From contig CBDFKD010000002.1 of NCBI GenBank assembly GCA_965248695.1, forward strand, positions 3,264,001-3,328,000: 64,000 nucleotides of DNA, in the 5' to 3' direction. Made by a program: the position numbers and the translations under genes. The notes beneath the pieces were generated by a model. The model made no database searches. It was not told the DNA's origin and saw nothing but the letters and a program-made list of their open reading frames with translations. The number at the start of each line of letters is the position of its first letter. Position 1 is the stretch's first letter. This document shows positions 10,436 to 19,950 of the stretch, piece after piece. Origin of the DNA: Acidobacteriota bacterium (GTDB taxonomy: Bacteria > Acidobacteriota > UBA890 > WLXD01).

Positions 10436-10861
10436 TTGGGCACCGGACGCGAGGTAATCGGCGGCGCACTGAGCATCGGGGGGCGCAGGCTGTCCCTTTC
10501 CAGGGCGATCCGCGCCGGCGACTTCGTCTTCCTGACCGGACAGATCCCGATGCGGGATGGCGAGGTGGTAACGGAGGGGTCGGTCGAGGAGCAGACGCGT
10601 ATCGTCCTCGATCTGATCAAGGCGACGCTGGCGGAGGCGGATTGCGGCCTCGGGGACGTGGTGAAGTCGATGATCTGGCTCAGGGATCGGGCGGATTTCC
10701 CCGGCTTCAACACTGTCTATGGTGACTACTTCCCGGACGAGCCGCCCGCCAGATCGGCGATCATTAGCGAGTTATTGGTGGACGTACGGGTCGAGATCGA
10801 GGTCGTCGCCTATAAGCCGCAGGAATGCCCTGGTCCGCAAACGCCGACGGTGCCGGCGTGA
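10436..10861 (+). CDS. RidA/YjgF family protein
   Basis: SRAIRAGDFVFLTGQIP, FPGFNTVYGDYF..PPARS, VEIEVVAY; start codon uncertain. Confidence 0.9.
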   Translation: MGTGREVIGGALSIGGRRLSLSRAIRAGDFVFLTGQIPMRDGEVVTEGSVEEQTRIVLDLIKATLAEADCGLGDVVKSMIWLRDRADFPGFNTVYGDYFPDEPPARSAIISELLVDVRVEIEVVAYKPQECPGPQTPTVPA

Positions 10862-11928
10862 AGTTCGACCTGGTGGTCAACCTGGAACGCATCGACGACT
10901 CCGTCGAAATGCAGGACGTCCTGTCGCATACCACCGAGATGGTGGAGATGGCCGACGCGGCCGGCTTCGCGATCGTCTGGGCCGCCGAGCATCACGCCAT
11001 CGAGATGACCATCGCGCCCTCGCCGTTCCAGCTGCTGACCCACTTCGCGGCGCGCACCTCGCAGATCCGTCTCGGTACGGCTGTGGTAGTGGCACCGTAC
11101 TGGCACCCGATCAAGCTCGCTGGCGAGGCGGCGCTCTTCGACCTGCTGTCCGGCGGCCGATTGGAGTTCGGCATCGGGCGTGGCGCCTATCAGCGCGAAT
11201 TCGACCGGCTCATGGACGGAATGCACCAGCATCTGGGCGTACCGATGATGCTCGAGATGCTGCCGGCAGTGAAGGCACTCTGGCAGGGCGACTACGAGCA
11301 CGACGGGGAGTACTGGAAGTTCCCGGCGTCGACCTCGTGCCCGAAGCCGTTGCAGAAACCGCACCCGCCGATCTGGGTGGCGGCCCGCGATCCCGGAACC
11401 TTCAACGCGTCGGTAGCCGAGGGTCACAGCATCGTGACCTGGGCTCTGACGCGACCCTTCGCCGAGGTGGAGCTCTACAAGAGCCACTTCGAGAAGGCGC
11501 TGGCCGCCAGCCCCGGGGTCGAGCGACCGCGCTTCGGGACCATGCGTCACGTTGGCGTGTACTGCAGCGCCGGCGGCGAAGCGCCGTTTATCCAGGCCAT
11601 TCAACGACAGGGACGAGCGTTCGAGAACCTCTTCCGCAACCTGGCGCCGGTCGTCGACGGCTTCCCACAGGATCCGGATCCGGAATTGCTGACGAACCAG
11701 GCGGAGTACGAACCCGACAACCTGATGGCCAACCTGATCCTGGGCACCCCGGCCGAGGTCATCGAAAAGCTGCAGCCATACGCCGACCTCGGTGTGGACC
11801 ACTTCGTGTTCAACTCCGCCTACGGGCTGGCGCCTGAACACCAGAAGAACTCGCTGCGACTGTTCATCGACGAGGTCATGCCGGCGTTCGTCGAGGGCTC
11901 CAGTCCCGACGCGACGACCGGCCACTAG
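10858..11928 (+). CDS. Luciferase-like (LLM) flavin-dependent monooxygenase, TgnB-like
   Basis: WAAEHH, TIAPSPF, RLGTAVVVAPYWHPIKLAGEAA, GRGAYQREF, PPIWVAARDP, FIDEVMPAF; GTG start overlaps the RidA stop. Confidence 0.9.
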   Translation: MKFDLVVNLERIDDSVEMQDVLSHTTEMVEMADAAGFAIVWAAEHHAIEMTIAPSPFQLLTHFAARTSQIRLGTAVVVAPYWHPIKLAGEAALFDLLSGGRLEFGIGRGAYQREFDRLMDGMHQHLGVPMMLEMLPAVKALWQGDYEHDGEYWKFPASTSCPKPLQKPHPPIWVAARDPGTFNASVAEGHSIVTWALTRPFAEVELYKSHFEKALAASPGVERPRFGTMRHVGVYCSAGGEAPFIQAIQRQGRAFENLFRNLAPVVDGFPQDPDPELLTNQAEYEPDNLMANLILGTPAEVIEKLQPYADLGVDHFVFNSAYGLAPEHQKNSLRLFIDEVMPAFVEGSSPDATTGH

Positions 11929-11936
11929 GAACGAGC

Positions 11937-12743
11937 ATGGTCATGGACGGTCCGACGCCGGGCACCGCGTGGACCTCCGCGGGGCAAGGACCACCGATCG
12001 TCCTCGTACACGGACTCGGGCTCAACCAGGGCTTGTGGCACTGGCTGGCTCCGGCGCTGTCGCCCAGCTACCGCGTCATCACATACGACCTGATCGGGCA
12101 CGGCACGAGTCCCAGGCCGCCGACGCCGTATTCGATACAGGACTTCGTGGACCAGCTCGACGAGCTAACGGCAGGGCTCGAGCTCGACTCCTTTGTGCTG
12201 GTCGGGTTCTCCCTCGGCGGGCTGATCGCGCAGGCCTTCGCTGTCGCCTATCCGGAGCGCGTGCCAGCGCTGGCCATCCTGCATTCGGCCCACGCCCGGA
12301 CAGAAGCCGAGACCGCCGCCGTGCTCGAGCGGGCGCGCGACGCCGCCATCCACGGACCCGGAGCCATGGTACCGGCGGCGCTCGATCGCTGGTTTAGCCC
12401 CGAATTCGCCCAACGCTCCCCCGATACGCTGCGTCGCGTCGCAGGCTGGATCGAGGCCAACGATGCCGCCGCCTTCGCGGCCGCGTATCGCGTGCTGGTC
12501 GACGCGGACGCGGAACTAGTCAATGCCCTGCACCGCATCGCGTGCCCGACGCTGGTGGTCACCGGCTCGGAGGACCACGGCAACTCCCCCGAGATGGCGC
12601 AGCGAATGGCGCGCGTCATCCCGGTTGCCGAATGCCATATTCTCCCGGGCCTGCGCCACATGGCGCTGGCCGAAGACCCGCAGTCGACGCTCGACATCCT
12701 GTTGCCGTTTCTGCGTCGGACGATCGCCGATGACCACTCGTAG
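11937..12743 (+). CDS. Alpha/beta fold hydrolase (TgnD / enol-lactonase-like)
   Basis: LVHGLG, YDLIGHG, GFSLGG nucleophile elbow, LPGLRHMA. Confidence 0.9.
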   Translation: MVMDGPTPGTAWTSAGQGPPIVLVHGLGLNQGLWHWLAPALSPSYRVITYDLIGHGTSPRPPTPYSIQDFVDQLDELTAGLELDSFVLVGFSLGGLIAQAFAVAYPERVPALAILHSAHARTEAETAAVLERARDAAIHGPGAMVPAALDRWFSPEFAQRSPDTLRRVAGWIEANDAAAFAAAYRVLVDADAELVNALHRIACPTLVVTGSEDHGNSPEMAQRMARVIPVAECHILPGLRHMALAEDPQSTLDILLPFLRRTIADDHS

Positions 12744-13773
12744 CTCCGTGATCGGGATCGTCGGCACCGGGGTTATCGGCGGCGGCTGGGCGCTGCACTT
12801 CCTGGCTCAGGGGCTCGACGTGGTGGCGTTCGATCCGCACCCGCAAGCACGTGGTCGGATGGATCGTCTGACCGAGACAGCCTGGCCGGCGCTCGAGAAG
12901 CTCGGTCTGAAACCCGGCGCCTCGCTGCGGCGACTCCGCTACGCCGACACGCTCGAAGACGCCGTCGCGGATGTCGATGTCGTGCAGGAGAGCACTCCGG
13001 AGCACCTCGAATCGAAAGTCGAGGTCTTCCGTCGTATGGACGCCGCCGCGCCGCCGGACACGCTGTTGCTGTCGAGCACCTCGGGCCTCTCGATGTCGGA
13101 CATGCAGGTCGCCTGTGCGCATCCCGAACGCACCGCCGTCGGTCACCCCTTCAACCCGCCCTATCTCATTCCGCTGGTCGAGGTGGTCGGTGGGCGCCGC
13201 ACCAGCACCGCAACGGTCGACCGTGCAGCAGCGTTCTATTCTGCTCACGGCAAGCGCGTCGTGAAGCTCCGCAAGGAGCTGCCGGGATTCATCGCCGCGC
13301 GGCTCCAGGAGGCCATGTGGCGCGAGATGCTCCACATGGTTGCCAACGACGAGGCCACGGTGCAGGAGATCGACGAAGCCATCGTCGCCGGACCGGGGTT
13401 ACGGTGGGCGATCATGGGACCAGGCTTGACGTTTCATGTTGCCGGCGGTGAAGGGGGAATGGCGCACGTGCTCGATCAGTTCGGTCCGGCGCTCAAGTGG
13501 CCGTGGACGCGGCTGGAAGCACCCGAGCTCACCGACGACCTCCGCCGCCGCATGATCGAGGGCTGTGAGGAAGAGGCCGGTGGGCGCAGCATCGCCGAGC
13601 TCATCCGGGAGCGCGATGACACTCTGATCGAGATTCTGCGGACCATCGAGCGGCGCGCCACCACGCCACGCCCCGAGGTGGAACGCCCGGTTCCTGATGG
13701 CGCCGTCGCGGAAGGCGCCGATACGGAGGGCCTCCATTCAGACGGCCCCGACACGGAGAACACCGATGAGTGA
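12730..13773 (+). CDS. L-carnitine dehydrogenase-like 3-hydroxyacyl-CoA dehydrogenase family protein
   Basis: GTGVIGGGW, VQESTPE, SSTSG, GHPFNPPYLIPLVEVV, RLQEAMWRE, GPGLRWA, QFGPALKWPWT. Confidence 0.85.
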   Translation: MTTRSSVIGIVGTGVIGGGWALHFLAQGLDVVAFDPHPQARGRMDRLTETAWPALEKLGLKPGASLRRLRYADTLEDAVADVDVVQESTPEHLESKVEVFRRMDAAAPPDTLLLSSTSGLSMSDMQVACAHPERTAVGHPFNPPYLIPLVEVVGGRRTSTATVDRAAAFYSAHGKRVVKLRKELPGFIAARLQEAMWREMLHMVANDEATVQEIDEAIVAGPGLRWAIMGPGLTFHVAGGEGGMAHVLDQFGPALKWPWTRLEAPELTDDLRRRMIEGCEEEAGGRSIAELIRERDDTLIEILRTIERRATTPRPEVERPVPDGAVAEGADTEGLHSDGPDTENTDE

Positions 13774-14566
13774 CGCCGTCCAGGTCTCCACGCGAGACGG
13801 AGTGCTGGAGATCACCCTCGACCGGCCGCCGGTCAACGCCATCGACATACCCACCAGCGTGGCCCTCGGCGAGGCCTTCGTACAGCTGCGCGACGATCCC
13901 GACCTGCGCGTCGGCATCATCACCGGCGGCGGCGAGAAGACGTTCTGTGCCGGGTGGGACTTGAAGGCGCTGGATGCCGGCGACATGGCGCTGGAGCGCT
14001 GGTGGGAGGCGGACTACGGCCCGGGCGGATTCGCCGGGCTCACCGAGCTCTGGGACCTCCACAAGCCGGTGATCGCGGCGCTCAACGGCCACGCCATCGG
14101 TGGCGGAATGGAGCTCGCGCTTGCCTGCGATCTACTGCTGGCGGCGAGCCACGTGAGCTTCCGGTTGCCGGAGCTGCCGCTCGGTATGGTGCCCGACGCC
14201 GGTGCCGTGCAGCGGTTGCCGCGCCGCCTGCCGCGCAACATCGCCATGGAGATGCTCTACCTCGGTCGCTGGCTGACGGCGGAAGAGGCGGCGCACTTCG
14301 GGCTCGTCAACGCCGTCGTCGAACCGACCGCGCTGATGGACCGGGCGCGCGAATGGGCGGCTCAGATTGCCGAGGTCGCCCCGCTGGCAGTCCAGGCAAT
14401 GAAGGAAGTGACCGGCGGACTGGACGGCATGGCGCCGCAGCGCGCCTATGAGGTGCTGCGCCAGGGTAGGTTCCAGCACTACGAACGGATGATGACGTCG
14501 GAGGACGCCAAAGAGGGCGTCAGCGCCTTCGTGGAAAAACGCGACCCGACGTTCAAGAGCGAGTAG
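13766..14566 (+). CDS. Enoyl-CoA hydratase, carnitinyl/crotonobetainyl-CoA hydratase (CaiD-like)
   Basis: FCAGWDLKA, DYGPGGFAGLTE, KPVIAALNG.AIGGG.ELALACD, SEDAKEG..AFVEKR. Confidence 0.88.
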   Translation: MSDAVQVSTRDGVLEITLDRPPVNAIDIPTSVALGEAFVQLRDDPDLRVGIITGGGEKTFCAGWDLKALDAGDMALERWWEADYGPGGFAGLTELWDLHKPVIAALNGHAIGGGMELALACDLLLAASHVSFRLPELPLGMVPDAGAVQRLPRRLPRNIAMEMLYLGRWLTAEEAAHFGLVNAVVEPTALMDRAREWAAQIAEVAPLAVQAMKEVTGGLDGMAPQRAYEVLRQGRFQHYERMMTSEDAKEGVSAFVEKRDPTFKSE

Positions 14567-14571
14567 GCCAG

Positions 14572-16632
14572 ATGGATCTCGTGCGCCTGCTATCTCCGCG
14601 TGCCGTGGCATTCGTCGGCGGACGAATCGCCGAGATGGCCATCCGACGCTGCCAGCAGCTCGGCTATTCGGGCGAGATCATGCCGGTTCATCCGCGACGC
14701 GATTCGGTCGCCGGCCTACGGTGCTATCCGAGCCTCGAGTCGCTGCCGTGCATACCCGACGCGGCCTACGTCGGGGTCAACCGCGACCTCACGATCGACA
14801 TCGTCGGACGCCTCGCCGCCATGGGCGCAGGCGGCTGCGTCTGCTACGCCGCCGGATTCGCCGAGATGGGCGACACCGGGCAGGAGTACCAGGATCGCCT
14901 GGTCGAGGCCGCCGGCAAGATGCCCTTGGTCGGCCCCAATTGCTTCGGCTTCGTGAACCTGGTGGATGACTGCGCCCTGTGGCCCTACCTGTTCGGCGGC
15001 GAGCACGTGGAGCAGGGTGTGGCGCTGATCTCCCAGAGCGGCAACATCGCCATGAACCTGACGATGAACCGGCGCTCGGTGCGATTCACCCACGTGATCG
15101 GCACCAGGAACCAGGCGGTGCTGGGGCCCGGCGACTATCTCGATGCGCTGCTGGACGATCCTCGGGTGCGCGCCGTGGGCATGTACCTGGAAGGGCTCGA
15201 CGATGTCGCTCGTTTCGGCGCGGCGGCGACGCGGGCGCTGGATCAGAGTGTGCCGGTAGTGGTCATGAAGGTTGGACGCACGGAAGCGGCGGCCGAGCGG
15301 GCCAGCACGCACACGAGCTCGCTGACCGGCGCGGACACGGTGGTCGACGCCTTCTTCAAACGCCTGGGGGTTACGCGGGTCGAGTCGCTGAACCAGCTGC
15401 TGGAGACGCTGAAGGTATTCGACCGGGCAGGACCGTTGCCCGGCAACGACGTCGTGACGCTATCGTGCTCGGGCGGAGAAGCCGCCATTCTGGCGGATCT
15501 CACCGAGCAGCGCGGGCTGAGCACCTCGGCGTTCTCGGATCAACAGCGCCGTGATCTCGAGGCCGAATTCGCCGACTACGTCACCGTCTCCAACCCCTTC
15601 GACTACAACACCTCTATCTGGGGGGACGGAGCCGCGCAGGAGCGCTGCTTCACGACCTCGATGAGCGGCGCGCACGATGCCGCGCTGCTGATCTACGACC
15701 ATCCAACGGTCAAGGCAGACGAGGTCGACGAGTGGATCGTCGCTCTCGACGCGTTCGTGAGGGCGCACGAGGCAACCGGTATGCCGTCATTTGTGGTCAG
15801 CACGATCACCGAGCTGTTGCCCGCAGCGCTGCGCCAGCGGCTGATCGAACGTGGCGTCACGCCACTGCAGGGGCTCGAGGATGGAATCTTTGCAATCGCC
15901 GCGGCAGCCAACTACGCCCGCCGACGCGCCGCTGCACCTGCCGCGATCGCGGTTCCCGGCAACGCCCCGGCTGATGGCGTCTGGCTCGACGAGTGGGAGA
16001 GCAAGCAACAACTTGCCGCGTGCGGCCTCGACTCCCCGCTGGGGGCCGTCGGGGCTGCCGACGAGCTACCGGCGATCGCCGATCGCCTCGGCTACCCGGT
16101 GGCTGTCAAGGCCGTCGGGGCCGAGTTCGCCCACAAGACCGAGCTCGGAGCCGTGGCGCTTGGCCTCGACCGCGAAGCAGCACTCGTGGCCGCCGTCGCC
16201 GAGATCACCGAGTCGGCGGCGCGAACCGGCAACCGGCCGCGCCGCTTCCTCGTGGAGCGCATGGTCGAAGATGCGGTGGCTGAGCTCCTCATTGGTGTGA
16301 AACGAGATCCGCAGTTCGGCTTGATCCTGGTCATCGGCAGCGGCGGAGTGCTCGTGGAGCTGGCCGCCGACACCGCGCTCCTGCTACTGCCAATCGACCG
16401 GACGGCAGCCGCTGCAGCGCTCGCTTCGCTGAAGATCGATCGCTTGCTAGACGGGTACCGCGGCGCGCCAGCCGGCGATCGCGACGCGGCGATCGATGCC
16501 ATCGTCGCGGTGGCGGACCTGGCGATCGGCCATTGGGATACCCTCCAGGAGCTCGATATCAACCCCCTCATGGTTCGTCCGGTTGGCCGCGGTGCCGTAG
16601 CCGCCGACGCCCTGATCCGGATGTCACTATAG
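14572..16632 (+). CDS. Acetate--CoA ligase family (ADP-forming acyl-CoA synthetase, fused subunits)
   Basis: CoA-binding N-terminus, GPNCFG, SQSG, HTSSLTG phospho-His, SCSGGE, NPFDY, ATP-grasp HKTELGAV...ELDINPL. Confidence 0.9.
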   Translation: MDLVRLLSPRAVAFVGGRIAEMAIRRCQQLGYSGEIMPVHPRRDSVAGLRCYPSLESLPCIPDAAYVGVNRDLTIDIVGRLAAMGAGGCVCYAAGFAEMGDTGQEYQDRLVEAAGKMPLVGPNCFGFVNLVDDCALWPYLFGGEHVEQGVALISQSGNIAMNLTMNRRSVRFTHVIGTRNQAVLGPGDYLDALLDDPRVRAVGMYLEGLDDVARFGAAATRALDQSVPVVVMKVGRTEAAAERASTHTSSLTGADTVVDAFFKRLGVTRVESLNQLLETLKVFDRAGPLPGNDVVTLSCSGGEAAILADLTEQRGLSTSAFSDQQRRDLEAEFADYVTVSNPFDYNTSIWGDGAAQERCFTTSMSGAHDAALLIYDHPTVKADEVDEWIVALDAFVRAHEATGMPSFVVSTITELLPAALRQRLIERGVTPLQGLEDGIFAIAAAANYARRRAAAPAAIAVPGNAPADGVWLDEWESKQQLAACGLDSPLGAVGAADELPAIADRLGYPVAVKAVGAEFAHKTELGAVALGLDREAALVAAVAEITESAARTGNRPRRFLVERMVEDAVAELLIGVKRDPQFGLILVIGSGGVLVELAADTALLLLPIDRTAAAAALASLKIDRLLDGYRGAPAGDRDAAIDAIVAVADLAIGHWDTLQELDINPLMVRPVGRGAVAADALIRMSL

Positions 16633-16681
16633 AACCCAACAGCTCGCGACAAGGAAAGTCGATGACCGGTGCTCCTGCATC

Positions 16682-17563
16682 ATGAGTACTAGCGGCGTCA
16701 TCATCACCTGCGCCGTCACCGGCTCGGGAGATACGCTCGACAAGCATCCGGATGTGCCGGTCACCCCGCAGCAGGTTGCGGACGCCTGTGTCGAGGCAGC
16801 GAATGCCGGCGCCGCGGTGGTCCACATTCACGTGCGCGATCCGGAGACGGGCAAGGGCAGCCGAAATGCCGATCTGTTTCGCGACACTGTCGAGCGCCTA
16901 CGGAGCCGCAACTCCGAAGTGATCGTCAACCTGACCTCGGGGATGGGCGGCGACTTCGTTCCCGGCGAGGACGACCCTTCCGTGGCCGGACCCGGAACCG
17001 ACCTCATCGGGCCACTCGAGCGACTGGTCCATGTCGAGGAGCTGCGACCCGATATCTGCAGCCTCGATTGCGGCAGCATGAACTTCGGCCTCGGTCACGA
17101 GGTCTACATCAACACCACCGCCAATCTCGAGATCATGGCGCGCCGTTGTCAGGAGATCGGCGTCAAGCCCGAGCTCGAGGTCTTCGATCTGGGGCAAATC
17201 CGTTGCGCCAAGTACCTTCGAGATAAGGGCCTGGTCGATGATCCGCCCATGTTCCAGATTTGCCTCGGCCTGGCGTGGGGGGCCGGTGCCGACGCCGAGT
17301 CGATGTTGGCGATGCGCAACGAGCTGCCAGAGGGCGCCAACTGGTTCGCCTTCGGCGTCGGGCGCCAGCAGATGCCGATGGCGGCTCAGAGCGTGCTGCT
17401 TGGAGGCCACGTTCGCGTCGGCCTCGAAGACAACCTCTACCTCAGCCGCGGCGTCCTGGCCAGCAACGGCGATCTGGTGGCGAAGGCTGTACGGATCGTC
17501 GAAGAGCTCGGTGCGCGCGTGCTCGAACCCGCTGAGGCGCGAGCGGTTCTAGGGATCGCCTGA
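16682..17563 (+). CDS. Beta-keto acid cleavage enzyme (BKACE/Kce family; 3-dehydrocarnitine cleavage CdhC-like)
   Basis: ITCAVTG, AGAAVVHIHVRD, NLTSGMGG, SLDCGSMNF, KPELEVFD, HVRVGLEDN. Confidence 0.92.
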   Translation: MSTSGVIITCAVTGSGDTLDKHPDVPVTPQQVADACVEAANAGAAVVHIHVRDPETGKGSRNADLFRDTVERLRSRNSEVIVNLTSGMGGDFVPGEDDPSVAGPGTDLIGPLERLVHVEELRPDICSLDCGSMNFGLGHEVYINTTANLEIMARRCQEIGVKPELEVFDLGQIRCAKYLRDKGLVDDPPMFQICLGLAWGAGADAESMLAMRNELPEGANWFAFGVGRQQMPMAAQSVLLGGHVRVGLEDNLYLSRGVLASNGDLVAKAVRIVEELGARVLEPAEARAVLGIA

Positions 17564-17815
17564 CTATCCAGGAGCTTCGCCAATAGGCGCAAAGACGACC
17601 TTGGAGTCTTGACGTTGCTGTTGTCTTTGGCCGTCGTGCCCGGGATGGTGACGGGGGCGAGGACATGCGCATCTCCTTCCTCGTCGGCGCGGACGGGGTG
17701 CTGAGCGAGGTTGTCCAGCGACCGCGGTAATCGACGCCCCGTGCAATAGGGCTTCGGACGACCGGGTTCACCGGAATACTCTCGCTGGGAGCCCCCGAGA
17801 AGCCGGAGTCCGTCG

Positions 17816-19816
17816 GTGCATCGAACCCGTAAAGCCGTCTGCAATGGACCGCTGCGAGCGCTGGTCGCGAGTGCGCTTGCGACCGCCGCGCCCTCGAGCG
17901 CCGCGGCGCAGACACCGTCCGAGGAGCTCGACCGCATCGTGTCGACCGTCGTCGCGGACATTGACACACGGTCCGTTCGCGGTGGCGAAGCGACAATCAG
18001 CTGGCACACTGACGGGCCGGTTCTGAGCGTCGACCTGAAGCTCGCCGACGAGCTGGAACTGCCCATCGTCGAGCTCGCCCATCATCCCGAGGTTGATGGC
18101 GGCTGTACGACGGTTTCGCGCTTCGAGCACAGCCGACGCAACCGGCTCGGTGGACGATTTGCTGCCGTCGGCAATGATCCGTCGCTGGCGGTTGCCGAGC
18201 TGACCGCGGACGCGAGCGGCGCGCGCCACCTGCGGTTCGCGTATCGGCAGACACCCGACGGCGAGGCTCGGCTCCGCTTGAACCTCTACGACCCCGACCC
18301 CACCGATCACACGATCCACTACCTCGACGGTCGCGCCTTCGATTCGATCCGGTTCTGGATCAGGAATCCGGGCGGCAGCCCGGCCGTGGATATCGGCATC
18401 GCCGACGCAGCCGGCGACACGCCCATACACGTGGGCACGCTCGACGAGCTTGCTACTGCACACACGGGCGTCGAGTGGCGCCTGGTCTCGCTCCCCCTGC
18501 AGGAGATGTCACAGCTTCTCGACCGTAGCCGCCTGGCGACCCTCCACCTGCAACCGTCGCGGCCGGGCAGCGGCACCATCGAGATCGACAACCTCTCCCT
18601 TTGTCGCGGCAGCGCGGAGCCCGATCGCCCCGGCCGCACGAGCGCGCCAGCCATCGCTGGGAACGGGAAATCTCTCTGGGTTTGGCATACAAGCGACCTG
18701 ATGGTCGATGGGGCCGCGCTCCAGGAGCTGACGGCGATGGTGCGCCGGCGTGGGATCGACCGCGTGTACCTGCAGCTTCCGAGCGCGCTCACGCAGGCGG
18801 GGAGTAGTGCCGCCGACAATGTCGCGCTAGAAGCCGTGGGCGGCGCCACGCTGACGGCGTTGGAAGCCGTCATCGAGGCGCTGAACAAGGCTGGAGCCGC
18901 CGTCGACGCCCTGGACGGAGCTGCCAGCTTCGCCCTGCCCGAAAACCACGCTGCGGTCGAACGCGACGTCGCGGCGGTAATCCGTTACAACGAAGCCGCT
19001 CCCTCGGGAGCGCGGTTCGCCGGCCTGCACTACGACATCGAGCCCTACCTGCTACCGGGCTTCGGCACCGAGCTGCGGGTCGAGATCGTCGCCGGGTATC
19101 TGACGATATTGGAACGCATCGCGGCACTCGCCGCTCCGGCGAACTTGCGGTTCGAGGTGGCGATCCCGTTCTGGTTCGACTCGATCCGTATGCACCGACC
19201 GAGTACGGAAGTCGACGGGGGTCTCAGCTTCCGGGTGCTCAGCGACGCAGTCATCGACGTCGTCGACTCGGTAGCGATCATGGACTACCGCACCCGGGCT
19301 GACGGCACGAATGGCACCGTGGCACTGGCTGCGAGCGAGCTCGAGTACGCCTCCGAGCGCGGCAAGCGGGTTCGTATCGGTCTGGAGACCGGGTTTCTTC
19401 CAGATCAGGACTTGCTGCGCTTCGAGGGCGAGGGCGGTCGTGGGATGCCACACGGCGACTCGTCGCGGTCTTGGATTGTCGCCGGTACCTCCGCCGAGGG
19501 GGCACGGACATACGTCGTCCCGGCAGCGCAGCTGGCCCAACTCCCGGCCACGCTGCTCAACGACGGCATCGCGGCGGCCAGCGTGCGCCACTGGCAGGCC
19601 GCCAGGCCGGTGCGCGTCGACGCCCGCCGCCTGACGTTCCACGATGTCGGCATCGAGCGTATGCGGTCCGTGATCGAGGAATCCACCGACCAGATGCGAC
19701 GCTATGCCGCATTCGAGGGCTTCGCGATTCACTACGACCGACCCTATCGTCGCCTGCTGGACAGGGCCTCGGTGCCCACCGTGGACGACGACGGCCGGCA
19801 CCGCCGCCAGCGGTAG
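17816..19816 (+). CDS. Secreted protein: carbohydrate-binding-like domain plus putative glycoside hydrolase-like TIM barrel
   Basis: Signal peptide; DSIRFWI...WRLVSLPL...IEIDNL (CBM11/CIA30-like); LWVW, GLHYDIEPY, IPFWF, IMDYR, IGLET, FAIHY motifs. Confidence 0.6.
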   Translation: MHRTRKAVCNGPLRALVASALATAAPSSAAAQTPSEELDRIVSTVVADIDTRSVRGGEATISWHTDGPVLSVDLKLADELELPIVELAHHPEVDGGCTTVSRFEHSRRNRLGGRFAAVGNDPSLAVAELTADASGARHLRFAYRQTPDGEARLRLNLYDPDPTDHTIHYLDGRAFDSIRFWIRNPGGSPAVDIGIADAAGDTPIHVGTLDELATAHTGVEWRLVSLPLQEMSQLLDRSRLATLHLQPSRPGSGTIEIDNLSLCRGSAEPDRPGRTSAPAIAGNGKSLWVWHTSDLMVDGAALQELTAMVRRRGIDRVYLQLPSALTQAGSSAADNVALEAVGGATLTALEAVIEALNKAGAAVDALDGAASFALPENHAAVERDVAAVIRYNEAAPSGARFAGLHYDIEPYLLPGFGTELRVEIVAGYLTILERIAALAAPANLRFEVAIPFWFDSIRMHRPSTEVDGGLSFRVLSDAVIDVVDSVAIMDYRTRADGTNGTVALAASELEYASERGKRVRIGLETGFLPDQDLLRFEGEGGRGMPHGDSSRSWIVAGTSAEGARTYVVPAAQLAQLPATLLNDGIAAASVRHWQAARPVRVDARRLTFHDVGIERMRSVIEESTDQMRRYAAFEGFAIHYDRPYRRLLDRASVPTVDDDGRHRRQR

Positions 19817-19950
19817 GGCTGGCGAGGCGTGCTTCGCGCGTCGATCCGATGCTGACCATGCGCGAGAGCTGACGCACAGCGGCATGAATCGACTTCCGGG
19901 GTTAGGATGGGCCCCTCTACTGCCCTCCAACGCACGGAAAGCGAGATCCG

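Noticed and set aside
17580-17630. c-di-GMP-I riboswitch-like GCGCAAAG motif
   Set aside because: The rest of the GEMM architecture (P2 GAAA tetraloop, P3 receptor) is not visible.
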